64,000 bases of DNA from Syntrophobacterales bacterium (GCA_020060385.1 JAGVAH010000161.1:8162-72161), one strand, 5' to 3'; shown: positions 19,153-28,843, counted from the stretch's first letter. Numbers and translations: made by a program. Notes: generated from the sequence alone by a model not told the origin.

Positions 19153-19593
19153 TTGAAGTGAATAGTTGGCAGTGAGCAGTAACCAGCGAAAAAAGAATGG
19201 CCCGCTGCTTATTTTGCACCTTAACCCGGAGATTTGGTGTCCCAAGCCGAAGAGCTGACCCGCCAGTGCCAACAAGATACACCGTGGCTATTGAACTAGG
19301 GACTGCCGCCGGGCGGGTTTACCGTAATCCCTTTAGAGGAATTCACCCACAGCCTGGTGCCCGTGGAAAATTTTTATATCTACCTGGTGACCGAGCCGGT
19401 GGCGTGAACAATTTCTGGCTTTGGTGCTTGACAGGAAGAGGTCCAGGAGCAGGAAGTCCACAGGGCCCACCAGGGGGCCTGCGGCAAATGCAGCCTCTGC
19501 GTGACCTGTTTTCCCACCGCGGCTTTGGCCTTCCAGGAGGTCCCTGGGAATGAAAAAGCTGCTTGATCCGTAGCGGCTCAGTTTGAAGAATTT

Positions 19594-21864
19594 TTATTCA
19601 TTCATAACTCGTTGTAATACTTTGTTCAGCTCAAAAATTCTATAAGGCTTGGCAATAGCACCGCTGAAGCCATATTTTTTAAAGTCGAACATTATTTGGT
19701 CATCTAGATATCCGCTGGTAACTATAGCTTTAATCTGCGGGTCGACCACTATCAGTTGTTCTATGGTCTCTTTGCCTCCCAGTTTATCGGGAACGGTTAA
19801 ATCCAAAATTACTGCGGCAAAAGGTTGATTGGAGTCTTTAGCTTGTTTATATAAATCTATAGCCTCTATTCCATTCCGGGCGCCAATCACTTCATAGCCG
19901 AGCTTTTCCAGGAACTTGCTCACCACTTCTCTAACCGTTTCCTCATCATCCATTACCAAAATCCGCCCCTTGCCTCTGCTAATTTCAGTAAATTTTTCTT
20001 TCTCAAAAGGGAGTTTTGCTTCTTTAAAAGAAGGATGATGTTCCTTCAAGCAATCAGGACAAATACCGTGGGAGAATTCTACTTCGGAGCGATCATGGAT
20101 ATATTTCTCCACACTATTCCAATAACCTTCATCGTCCCGAATTCTTTTGCAGTACGCACAAATTGGCAAAAGCCCTTTTAAAGTTTTCACTTGGGCCAGG
20201 GCCTTTTGAAGCTCGCTAATCATTCTCTCCCGTTCCTCTTCAGCCATTTTTCTCTCACTAATATCCCGGATGATGCCAATGAATCCCAAAATATTGCCCT
20301 GGGGATCTTCCACAAAAGTGCCCATAGTCTCGGCAGGAAAGGCACTGCCATCTTTGCGGCGGTAATTTATTTCATATATAGGCAAACTTTTATCCGCCCC
20401 AATACGAAAGCGTCTTATCCCTTGCTCTTCATAAGCTTCTTTATCAATGTAAAGAAACTCGGTTGTCTTTCCCTTCATTTCTTCAGGGCTGTAGCCAAAT
20501 GTGTCTTCCGCAGCAGTATTTACCATTAGTATCCGACGATTGGTGTCAGCAAAGATCGCGGTATCCGTTATGGAGTTAAAAATAGATTCGAATAGGGTTT
20601 TGCTGCGCACTAAGTCCTGCTCCAGGCATTTGCGCGCGGTTATATCGTCAAGCATGGCGAAGGAGCCAGCAAAGGAGCCATTTGCGTCTAAGATTCGCTT
20701 GGTTTTCAGATGCACCCACCTGACAGAGCCGTCCTTATGCCTTAAGCGGAAGTCGAAAGGCTCTTCTCTCCCCTGAAGATGCCGGTCGACCAGGATCTGA
20801 TATTTTTCCCGGTCCTCCGGAAATATAAACGCTCCCGGAGAGAGGCCGTTCATCTCGGCAGGCGTGTATCCAAGCAGATCGCTTACTTTTTGATTGACCA
20901 AAACAGTCTCAAATTTGGCATTTAGAACCCAAATGACTTCGTTCGCCGTTTCAAAAATATACCGATACTTTTCCTCGCTCTGGCGTAGCGCCTCCTCCAT
21001 CTGCTTGCGCGCGGTAATGTCACTAAGGATACCCATAATGCCGGTGATCCGCCCTTCAGCATCGCGAATGGGCGCTGACGAAAGACTCAGATCAATGGGC
21101 GAACCGTCTTTCTTACAGCGGCGAATCTCCAGGTCGTGAAAAGCTTCGCCGCGCAGCTCCCGTTCGCGCAGAACCCGGAATTCCTCCTGTTTTTCTGGAG
21201 GAATGATGGGGTTCATTTGCCCCATAACCTCTTCTTTTTGCCAGCCGAAGACCCGCTCCGCCGCGGGATTCCATAATTGAATATTTCCTTCTGGATCAAT
21301 GGCCAGGATAGGCTCTGGCGAGGCATGGATCACGGCATCAAGAGTCCGATTGGCTGCCATCAGTTCCGCAGTCCTTTCTTGAATTCGCTCCTCCAGATTG
21401 TTGTATGAGCGGCGCAAGGCCTCCTCTGCCTGCTTCTTTTCGGTGATATCCATGAAATATCCCAAGATAGCTCTTTCCCCCTCGTATTGCATGGAGATAA
21501 CTTTTTGCATACACCACTTGGCCTCTCCACTCTTGGGAAAAAATTTGAAATCAAATGGGATTGAAGTCTTTTCCTTCAACATTTTAATAGTATTTGCCCT
21601 GACCTTCTTTCTGAATTCAGGAGCAACCAGACTCATACAATCCCTACCCAGCAACTCATCTTCGCTATAATCGGTAATTTTCTGGAATTCTGGATTGACC
21701 AGTTTAAATTTCCCATTCTGAATGATGAAGAAACCGATGGGAGCGTTAAAGACTATAAGTTCCAGCGGTTCGGGGAGTTTAGTTCCTTCCAATTCCACCA
21801 ATCGCTTGCGTAATTCCCGCAATTCCTCGATAAGTTGCTCTTTGTTCTTATCTCTATCGTACAT
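19594..21864 (-). CDS. Signalling protein with 4 PAS domains, a Cys/His-rich module and a C-terminal receiver. No kinase domain.
   Basis: 756 aa with four PAS-like blocks. The Cys/His module is LLPICAYCKRIRDDEGYWNSVEKYIHDRSEVEFSHGICPDCLKEH (about rc of 20030-20175). The REC domain shows ILVMDDEE, ILDLTVP, VTSGY and IAKP. The gene is visibly AT-richer than its flanks. Confidence 0.85.
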   Translation of the reverse strand: MYDRDKNKEQLIEELRELRKRLVELEGTKLPEPLELIVFNAPIGFFIIQNGKFKLVNPEFQKITDYSEDELLGRDCMSLVAPEFRKKVRANTIKMLKEKTSIPFDFKFFPKSGEAKWCMQKVISMQYEGERAILGYFMDITEKKQAEEALRRSYNNLEERIQERTAELMAANRTLDAVIHASPEPILAIDPEGNIQLWNPAAERVFGWQKEEVMGQMNPIIPPEKQEEFRVLRERELRGEAFHDLEIRRCKKDGSPIDLSLSSAPIRDAEGRITGIMGILSDITARKQMEEALRQSEEKYRYIFETANEVIWVLNAKFETVLVNQKVSDLLGYTPAEMNGLSPGAFIFPEDREKYQILVDRHLQGREEPFDFRLRHKDGSVRWVHLKTKRILDANGSFAGSFAMLDDITARKCLEQDLVRSKTLFESIFNSITDTAIFADTNRRILMVNTAAEDTFGYSPEEMKGKTTEFLYIDKEAYEEQGIRRFRIGADKSLPIYEINYRRKDGSAFPAETMGTFVEDPQGNILGFIGIIRDISERKMAEEERERMISELQKALAQVKTLKGLLPICAYCKRIRDDEGYWNSVEKYIHDRSEVEFSHGICPDCLKEHHPSFKEAKLPFEKEKFTEISRGKGRILVMDDEETVREVVSKFLEKLGYEVIGARNGIEAIDLYKQAKDSNQPFAAVILDLTVPDKLGGKETIEQLIVVDPQIKAIVTSGYLDDQIMFDFKKYGFSGAIAKPYRIFELNKVLQRVMNE

Positions 21865-22098
21865 CTAGAGACACTCCAGGTGGATGACTGCCGTTTAAAG
21901 CAAGTCTTCCCCATTTCTTTCCTATCCTGAGAAATGAAGGAGGCGAAGCTGAAATCAGGCCGAACTGAAGGGAGAAGCCTGTTATTCTTCAATATATCAT
22001 GTAAATTTCGGAATAACAAAAGAGATAATTTTCATTGAATAAGTTTGCGGTCTCCCGGACCAAAGTTGATGGTCTTTGGGGGAGGACGGGTAGCCACC

Positions 22099-23655
22099 TC
22101 AGCCACCTTGGCTGTCTTTCTCTTGCCCATCTCTTCTAACCAGGTCCTGGTTTAGCCGCTCCCTTTCCTGGAGGATATACTCCAGCAGCTCCCGGGCGAA
22201 GGGAGAAGAGAGATGGAGGCGTTCCAGGTCCAGGGGGGCGTTGAGGTACTGGAGGCGCAGGAAGTCCCCGTCCCCCGCGAATTCCGGCTGCACCCCGGAA
22301 AGAAAGAAGCCTTCTGCTTCCGCGGCCTCACAGAGAAAAGGCGTGCCTCCCTGGGCCAGGGGCAGATAGAGGCCCACCACCTTGGCCCCCGCCATGTGGC
22401 ATAAATCCCGGCGGGCCTGGTAGATCGCGGGCAGGGTGTCGATGCCGATGCGGTTGACCTGGATGCTGCCGGCGCCGGTGGTCTGATCGTAATGGACCGC
22501 TAATCTGCCGGGACCGGTGGCGCCGCTGGGCTCCAGAAAATGCAACTCCACCTTCAGGTTCCCATAAATTTTCCCCAGCATCTCCCGGTGCCGGGAGGGG
22601 GCGCAGACCGCCTTGGCGCCCGGGTGGGACAGATACTGGAAATAGAAGACCAGGCTCTCCCGCTGGGGGGCCTCTTCGGTGCCGGTATCCCCCTGGTAAA
22701 GATACTGCAGCCTCTTGAAATGGGCCTGCCAATCCAGGAGCTTGATGCCGGTGGGGAAGAGGCCCCGGCTGTCGCTGCCCTGCTGGCTGACGGTGTGGAT
22801 GGTCACCGCCTCGGCAAAGAGGCCGATCAACCCCAGGCGTCGGATCTCCGCCTGGAGCCGGTCGCCCATGCGTTTCCGCAAGCCCTGGCCCCGGTGCGCC
22901 GGCGCCACCGCCAATTGCCCCAGTTCGGCCAGGGGCCCCAGATCGGGGCGCTCCACCCCCACATGGCCCACGATTTCCCCATCGCCGGCCACGGCCACCA
23001 CCCCTAAATGCCTGCCGGTTTCCAGGTCGTGGGCCAGACGGTCAGGATAATAGAAGTCCACGTTGGAGTAAGTGTAACCGTAGACCCGGTACATTAACTG
23101 GGCGATGCTCCTGGCGTCCCCCGGGGAAAGGAGCCGGATGGCGTAGTCCCCGGCGGCGCCCGGCTGGATGGTCCCGGGTCGGGGGACCGGGGGCTTATCC
23201 CCGGGCGACTCCAGGCGGCAGACCCCGGCGAGATATTTGGTCAGACGCAGTTCGTTGCCTTCCACCCCGTGGTTGATCCAGCGCACTTCGTCCGCGCCGT
23301 GCTGGATGGCGGCCAGACTCCCGCCGGGAAAGGCAGGGGTAGAAGCACTCTCCGGATCAGGGAGGGGCGCCTCCGGCTCCAGGGTCTCCGAGAAGGGCAG
23401 ACCCCGGTCAAAAAGGGAGAGGGTCAAGGCCGCGGGGGTCAATTCCCCCGTTAGCTTGAAGACGCTGGTTTCATCCTCTTCACCGGCCCGGTCCAAGGAA
23501 TTCTTACACGCCTCCCGGACCGCCAGGGCCAGCGCTTCCCCCTGGTCGCCGGGGAGGCCGGCGATGGACCCCAGGCTGCGCACGTGGTCTTGCACCAGGG
23601 GCAACATGGCCGGGGCCGCGGGCAGGGTAAGTTCGGTGCGCACCGGCGCCGGCAT
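22099..23655 (-). CDS. GNAT-family acetyltransferase domain protein with extra N- and C-terminal regions
   Basis: 518 aa with a central GNAT core ...GVVAVAGDGEIVGHVGVERP...LAVAPAHRGQGLRKRMGDRL... The N-terminal ~100 aa loosely resembles RsbW/SpoIIAB-type anti-sigma ATPase folds (weak, by eye). Confidence 0.7.
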   Translation of the reverse strand: MPAPVRTELTLPAAPAMLPLVQDHVRSLGSIAGLPGDQGEALALAVREACKNSLDRAGEEDETSVFKLTGELTPAALTLSLFDRGLPFSETLEPEAPLPDPESASTPAFPGGSLAAIQHGADEVRWINHGVEGNELRLTKYLAGVCRLESPGDKPPVPRPGTIQPGAAGDYAIRLLSPGDARSIAQLMYRVYGYTYSNVDFYYPDRLAHDLETGRHLGVVAVAGDGEIVGHVGVERPDLGPLAELGQLAVAPAHRGQGLRKRMGDRLQAEIRRLGLIGLFAEAVTIHTVSQQGSDSRGLFPTGIKLLDWQAHFKRLQYLYQGDTGTEEAPQRESLVFYFQYLSHPGAKAVCAPSRHREMLGKIYGNLKVELHFLEPSGATGPGRLAVHYDQTTGAGSIQVNRIGIDTLPAIYQARRDLCHMAGAKVVGLYLPLAQGGTPFLCEAAEAEGFFLSGVQPEFAGDGDFLRLQYLNAPLDLERLHLSSPFARELLEYILQERERLNQDLVRRDGQEKDSQGG

Positions 23656-23870
23656 CAGCGGCCACCTTTTGCGTAGTCAGCGAGTCCCACTTCCTCTCCC
23701 CAGGCCCGGGTAGGGCAATGATGGCGCCCTCCAGGGGCAAAAGTCCAAGGTTAGGCCCATGCTTTGGTCAATCCTTTGGGGAAAAAGATACAGGAAAATT
23801 CCAAAGCCCTTCCCTCCCCCCGGAGAGGTGCTTATAATAATGGGCACATTCAGCGAGGAGGAACCTGCCC

Positions 23871-24335
23871 ATGGAAGTGCGCACCATCCTGTGGCCCACA
23901 GACCTGTCCAAGAATTCCATCAAGGCCGCAAAGAACGTGGATTCACTGGCGGAGACGTATAAAGCCAAAGTCGTCCTGCTCTATGTGGGAGTGGATTTAA
24001 AGTCCCATTTCGGTGCCTACGGAGAGCCCAGCGCCGAACACCTGCAGCACTTCCAGAAATGGGAGACGGAGCAGGCCAGGAAAAAGTTGGAGAGCGTTTG
24101 CGCCAAGGAATTAAAGGCCTGCCCCACTATAGAAGTCCGGTTGGTCCAAGGGGACGCAGCCACGGAAATCATCAAGGCCATCAAGAAGGAAAAAGCGGAC
24201 ATGGTGGTGATCACCACCCATGGCCGGGGCGCGGAGCACGTGGACCAGGTGAGCGCCGAATTCGGCAGCGTGGCCAAGAAGGTCATCGCCAATTCTCCGG
24301 TGCCGGTCCATCTGGTGAATCCCTTGAAGAAGTAA
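23871..24335 (+). CDS. Universal stress protein (UspA family)
   Basis: 154 aa with ...ILWPTDLS... and ...MVVITTHGRG...GSVAKKVIANSPVPVHLV. GAGGAGGAA lies upstream. Confidence 0.85.
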   Translation: MEVRTILWPTDLSKNSIKAAKNVDSLAETYKAKVVLLYVGVDLKSHFGAYGEPSAEHLQHFQKWETEQARKKLESVCAKELKACPTIEVRLVQGDAATEIIKAIKKEKADMVVITTHGRGAEHVDQVSAEFGSVAKKVIANSPVPVHLVNPLKK

Positions 24336-24400
24336 GGCATTAAACGGGGGGCGAGCCCTGGGGTTCGCCCCCATCCAGGACGCATACCAGATTCGCCCCG

Positions 24401-24433
24401 AAAAAAACGCCGGCCTGTCCCCAGGCCGGCGTT
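24401..24433 (-). terminator. Rho-independent terminator downstream of fdx/dsr operon
   Basis: On the minus strand, an 11-bp perfect stem AACGCCGGCCT/AGGCCGGCGTT (24406-24416 / 24423-24433) is followed by a T7 run (the A-run 24401-24407 on plus). Confidence 0.7.
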
Positions 24434-24456
24434 GCCGGTCAAGAGTAATAAGCGCC

Positions 24457-24645
24457 TTAGGTTTCGGTTACGGTAATTGCGCCAGAGGGGCAAACCTCTA
24501 TGCAGCTCTCACAACCTAGGCACTCTTCCTCGTTAACGGGGACCGCTTTGCCGTCCTGCATCTCGAAAACGCCAGTAGGACAAACATTAACGCATTCTTC
24601 ATCCCCGGTGCACTTGTCATCGTCGACTTCTACCCGCCAGGACAT
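24457..24645 (-). CDS. fdx: Small 2-cluster ferredoxin (one Cys motif with Asp substitution)
   Basis: 62 aa. Motif 1 is CTGDEECVNVCP (CxxDxxCxxxCP) and motif 2 is CLGCESCIEVCP. GGGAGG RBS is present. Confidence 0.9.
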   Translation of the reverse strand: MSWRVEVDDDKCTGDEECVNVCPTGVFEMQDGKAVPVNEEECLGCESCIEVCPSGAITVTET

Positions 24646-24725
24646 TAAGCTTTACCTCCCTTAGATTGGCACTCTTAAATATTCTATCCGGGGACCAGAA
24701 AACGGCCCCGGGGAAGACACATTTC

Positions 24726-25883
24726 TCAGGATCTGATTTCTTCCTTGATGGATACGGCCACCTTATATAAGAGGGTGAGAACCAGGAACCCCAGGGCCCA
24801 AACTCCCAGGGTGATGATGCCTTCGGGGATGGTGGGGGCGTATTCCGTCACTTTTTCCATGGGGTTGGGCACGAAGCCGCCGGTCATCAAGCCCAGGCCC
24901 TTGTCGATCCAGGTGGTGAGGATCACCATGCCGCACAGGGCCGCCAGGGTATTTTCATTCTGCCGCAGCTTGGGGTTGGTGAGGAGGATGGCGGTAACGG
25001 TCATGCCCACGATGGAGAACCACATGAAGGGCACCAGCCGGGCCTTGCCGTCCAGCCCCGCAAAGAGATACTTGAAGTGCAGCATATGGTCCGGAATCTG
25101 GCTGTAGAACACGGTGAAAACTTCGCAGAAGAAGAAGAACACGTTAATCAGAGTGGCATAGGTGACGATCTTGGCGATGCTTTGAATCTGCTCCCGGCCC
25201 GGGTCGAACTTGGTGTACTTGCGGACCAGGAGACAGAGCAATATCAGGAGCGAGGGGCCCGCGGCAAAGGCCGAGGAGAGAAACCTGGGGGCCATGATGG
25301 CCGTGAGCCAGTAACCCCGGCCCGGGAGACCGGCGTACAGGAACGCGGTCACCGTGTGAATGGATACGGCCCAGGGGATGGAGACGTAACTCAGGAACTT
25401 GACCCATTTGGGGGGAGGCACCGAGTGGCGCTCGCACTCCAACACGTTCCAGCCGATAAGGATGTTCAGCAGCAGGTAGCCGTTGAGGACGATGATATCC
25501 CAGAACATGACGGAGTTGGGGGTGGGGTACTTGAAAACGTTCATAACCCGGTCCGGCCGCCCCATGTCCACCAGCACGAAGGTGACGCACATGGTCACCG
25601 CGGCCACGGCCAGAAACTCACCCAGGATGGTGACCCGGCCGAAGGCCTTGTAATTATGCAGGTAGTACGGCAGGACCACCATCACCGCGGAGGCTGCGAC
25701 CCCGACCAAATAGGTGAACTGGGCGATATAAAAACCCCAGGACACGTCCCGGCCCATGCCGGTGATGCCCAGGCCGACCTTCAGCTGCTGGAGGTAGAAA
25801 AGAAACCCCAAGGCGAAAATGCCTGCCAGGACGGCCAGCAGTGTGTAGTATCTCTTGGTGCCGACTAGTGCTTTCTCAAGCAT
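24726..25883 (-). CDS. dsrP: DsrP (NrfD/PsrC-family integral membrane quinol-interacting subunit)
   Basis: 385 aa and highly hydrophobic with multiple helices. It is the last gene of an M-K-J-O-P ordered cluster. Confidence 0.88.
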   Translation of the reverse strand: MLEKALVGTKRYYTLLAVLAGIFALGFLFYLQQLKVGLGITGMGRDVSWGFYIAQFTYLVGVAASAVMVVLPYYLHNYKAFGRVTILGEFLAVAAVTMCVTFVLVDMGRPDRVMNVFKYPTPNSVMFWDIIVLNGYLLLNILIGWNVLECERHSVPPPKWVKFLSYVSIPWAVSIHTVTAFLYAGLPGRGYWLTAIMAPRFLSSAFAAGPSLLILLCLLVRKYTKFDPGREQIQSIAKIVTYATLINVFFFFCEVFTVFYSQIPDHMLHFKYLFAGLDGKARLVPFMWFSIVGMTVTAILLTNPKLRQNENTLAALCGMVILTTWIDKGLGLMTGGFVPNPMEKVTEYAPTIPEGIITLGVWALGFLVLTLLYKVAVSIKEEIRS

Positions 25884-25891
25884 GACCTACC

Positions 25892-26701
25892 TCACACGAT
25901 ATAGTAGACTTGCGGGTTCGTACCGAGATGGACTTTGCGGCGAATGCTGAAATATTTCTGCAACATTCTCCTCACTTGGGACTTTTCATCATTCAGATCG
26001 CCGAAAATCAGGGTCCCGCCGGAGGCCTCCGCACACGCGGGCGCCAGACCCTGGGCCAGACGCTCGGCGCAGAAGGTGCACTTTTCCACCACCCCGATTT
26101 CCCGGGTGGGATACCCCGGATAGGTGTCCTTGATGTAAGGTCTGGGGTCTCTCCAGTTGAAGCTCCGGGCGCCGAAGGGACATCCCGCCATGCAGAAGCG
26201 GCAGCCGATGCAGCGGTGCATGTCCATATTGACGATGCCGTCATCTCGCCGGAAGGTGGCCTTGGTGGGGCACACCCGCACACAGGGAGGGTTGTCGCAA
26301 TGATTGCAGAGCAGGAGAAAGGCCATCTGTTTGACCTTGTCCGGCAGGTTGGTCTGGTCTTCCACAAAGGCGTTATGGTAATGCTCGGTCCAGATCCACT
26401 TGACCTCATAACGGTTGGCGATCTCAGGATCAAGTTTATTCTTAGGATCATTGGGGTTCTTGAAGTCCGGGACATTATGAACCCGGTTGCAGGCGTTGAT
26501 GCATTTTTGGGCGGTGGCTTCGTCCATTTTCTGCATGTTCACCACCATGGCCCAGCGTTTGCCTGACAGGGCTCCCGCTTCGGGCTTGAGGGCTGCTTCC
26601 ACCTGGCCCGGACGCAGCAGTTCAAAGGCCCCTTTGCCGCCCAGCCCCAATAACGCCGCCAGTCCAGAAATGCGGATGAATTCTCTTCTATCGATACCCA
26701 T
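25892..26701 (-). CDS. dsrO: DsrO (periplasmic Tat-exported 4Fe-4S ferredoxin-like subunit)
   Basis: I prefer the start at the ATG rc 26699-26701 (MGIDRREFIRISGLAALLGLGG, twin-arginine signal), which overlaps the dsrJ stop as ATGA. Cluster motifs are CNHCDNPPCVRVCP, CIGCRFCMAGCP and CTFCAERL. Confidence 0.88.
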   Translation of the reverse strand: MGIDRREFIRISGLAALLGLGGKGAFELLRPGQVEAALKPEAGALSGKRWAMVVNMQKMDEATAQKCINACNRVHNVPDFKNPNDPKNKLDPEIANRYEVKWIWTEHYHNAFVEDQTNLPDKVKQMAFLLLCNHCDNPPCVRVCPTKATFRRDDGIVNMDMHRCIGCRFCMAGCPFGARSFNWRDPRPYIKDTYPGYPTREIGVVEKCTFCAERLAQGLAPACAEASGGTLIFGDLNDEKSQVRRMLQKYFSIRRKVHLGTNPQVYYIV

Positions 26702-27195
26702 CACTTCGCCTCCGCCAGCTTTTTGCCTTCCTGGAGATGACAACCAAAACAATTGGGCACCACCGCCACATAGTTGTGACATTGGTCACAGAATTTCTCC
26801 TTGTTGGAGTGGCAGTCCAGGCACGTGTTGGTAAGGCTGGCAAGGAATTTTCTACCATCAGGAGAAACAAATTCCCGAACTTCCGGTGCGCCCTTTTCAT
26901 CGCTGCGGACCACGTTGTCCCGCCAGTCCACGAGCATCTGCATGTGGTTGGCCCGCATCCACTCCGTGGGCATGATGCACTTGCGGTCTTTCTCCGCGAT
27001 CTTCTTGATGACCGGAGTATCCAGCTGCCGCTCCGGCGGGGGAATGGTTTTCCCCACGTTGGGCAAGAAAGGCAGGGCCACCATGGCGAGGAAGATGATC
27101 AGCCCGGCGAGGATATATTTGCCGTCGTAGAACTTCTTCTCCACCTGGGGACGCGGGGCAAAGGCCCCGAATTCATTTTTGTATTTGTCGTCCAT
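26701..27195 (-). CDS. dsrJ: DsrJ (membrane-anchored trihaem cytochrome c)
   Basis: Three CxxCH motifs: CLDCH, CDQCH and CFGCH. There is one N-terminal TM helix. The ATG at 27195 (MDDKYKNEF) has GGAGGAAGG upstream and sits 1 nt after the dsrK stop. The ORF-track start at 27216 is less well supported. Confidence 0.88.
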   Translation of the reverse strand: MDDKYKNEFGAFAPRPQVEKKFYDGKYILAGLIIFLAMVALPFLPNVGKTIPPPERQLDTPVIKKIAEKDRKCIMPTEWMRANHMQMLVDWRDNVVRSDEKGAPEVREFVSPDGRKFLASLTNTCLDCHSNKEKFCDQCHNYVAVVPNCFGCHLQEGKKLAEAK

Positions 27196-27196
27196 A

Positions 27197-28843
27197 TTAT
27201 TCGCCTTCCTCCGCATCTTCCTCCGCGGCTTCCCCGAATCCCTCCAGGTCGCGATCGCGGAGATCGGTGGTGCGCTCTATCTCATCAGGGAAGATCAGGG
27301 CGTTGCCCACCATTTCGGTGATGCCCGTGACCTGCATTTCCGGCACCCAGTATTCCAGCAGGGTGGGCAGGGTGGCCCGGTCCAGGGCGCAGATGCAGCC
27401 CAGATGGTTCACCCCGTATTGTTCGTAAACCCAACGCACGGCATTGGCCCGGGGCAGGCCCCCTTGCATGCGCAGCTCCATGTTTTCACTGGCGTTGATG
27501 CCGCTGGAGCTGCCGCAGCAGAAGGTCTTTTCCCGGATGGTGTTGGGGGGCATTTCCACAAAGTGCCCCTCAGGCAACACGTTGTTGATAATGTAGCGGG
27601 GCTCCTCGAAGATCCCCATCCCCCGGGCGGTGTTGCAGGAATCGTGGAAGGTCAGTTTGATGTGGGCGTTGCGCTGGGGATCCAGGTTGAGTTTGCCGTT
27701 CTTGATGAGGTCCGCGGTGAATTCGGAGATGTGCACCATTTTGTGGATCTTGGCGTTTTCAAAGCGGGTGCCGGTGATGGGGGATACCGGCTCCTCCAGG
27801 AAGTTCACCGGCTCCCCCCAATAGGTGGGCATGTACTGGTTGCACACCCGCCACATATGGCCGCACTCGCCCCCCAGGATCCACTTCACTCCCAGGCGCT
27901 TGGCCTCCGCGTAGATCTTGGAGTTCAGACGCTTGCCCATCTCGTGGGAGATGAACCAGCCGAAGTTGCCCCCCTCCGCGGCGTAGGTGCTGAAGGTGTA
28001 GTCCAGCCCGATATATTCGAACAAGAGGAGGTAGCCCATCAGGGTGAAGCTGCCGGGGTCCGCGAAGTAGTCGCCGGAAGGCGTCACAAAGAGGACCTCC
28101 GCGCCTTTGCGGTTATAAGAGGGGGTGGTGGTGATGCCGGTGATGCGCTCATTTTCCTCGGCCAAAAAGTCGATCATGTCCTTGAAGGCCTGGGGGGTGG
28201 CGCCGATGTGGCTGCCCTTGTCGTAGCATTGGGCCACGGAAGCCATGGCCCAGTCGATGTTCAGGCCCACGGAGGCCAGCAATTCCCGGCCCAAAAGCGT
28301 CATCTCCGCCATGTCGATGCCGTAAGGACAGAACAGCGAACACCGCCGGCAAATGGTGCACTGGTATAGATAAAAGAACCATTCCTTAATGACGTCTTCG
28401 CTTAAGTCCCGGGCCCCGGCGATCTCTCCCAGAACCCGCCCGATCTTCTTGAAGTAACGGCGGTAGACCGATCTCAGCAGTTCGGCCCGGAGCACCGGCA
28501 TGTTCTTGGGATCCCCGGTGCCCAGGAAGAAGTGGCATTTATCCGCGCAGGCGCCGCAGCGCACGCAGATATCGAAAAAGAGCTTCAGGGAACGGAAGCG
28601 GTCGAGCCGGTCCTCCATGCCTTGTAAGACGATCTCCTGCCAATTGTCAGGCAGACCCCACTCGTTGTCGGGAATCGACCGGGCTTGAGGGTAGGGGTAG
28701 CCGATCCACTCCATCCACTTGGGGGCCGCGGGGTTACAATAAGTGCCCGGCCGGAAATCCGGTTTGACGTCCATCCACCCTTTAGCCGGCGGCTGGTAGC
28801 TGATTCCAGGCAGTAGTTCTGAGGGTTTTGGAACCTTAGCCAT
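27197..28843 (-). CDS. dsrK: DsrK (HdrD-like catalytic FeS subunit with CCG domains)
   Basis: 548 aa with motifs CVRCGACADKCHF and CTICRRCSLFCPYG. CCG-type Cys are present (FHDSCN, TFCCGSS). AAGGAG RBS. Confidence 0.9.
   Translation of the reverse strand: MAKVPKPSELLPGISYQPPAKGWMDVKPDFRPGTYCNPAAPKWMEWIGYPYPQARSIPDNEWGLPDNWQEIVLQGMEDRLDRFRSLKLFFDICVRCGACADKCHFFLGTGDPKNMPVLRAELLRSVYRRYFKKIGRVLGEIAGARDLSEDVIKEWFFYLYQCTICRRCSLFCPYGIDMAEMTLLGRELLASVGLNIDWAMASVAQCYDKGSHIGATPQAFKDMIDFLAEENERITGITTTPSYNRKGAEVLFVTPSGDYFADPGSFTLMGYLLLFEYIGLDYTFSTYAAEGGNFGWFISHEMGKRLNSKIYAEAKRLGVKWILGGECGHMWRVCNQYMPTYWGEPVNFLEEPVSPITGTRFENAKIHKMVHISEFTADLIKNGKLNLDPQRNAHIKLTFHDSCNTARGMGIFEEPRYIINNVLPEGHFVEMPPNTIREKTFCCGSSSGINASENMELRMQGGLPRANAVRWVYEQYGVNHLGCICALDRATLPTLLEYWVPEMQVTGITEMVGNALIFPDEIERTTDLRDRDLEGFGEAAEEDAEEGE

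Noticed and set aside
19197-19553. 118-aa plus-strand ORF between glgP and the PAS gene
   Set aside because: It has no RBS and a Gly/Arg/Pro-rich product. A different frame looks more protein-like but is interrupted by stops (see the finding on a possible remnant).
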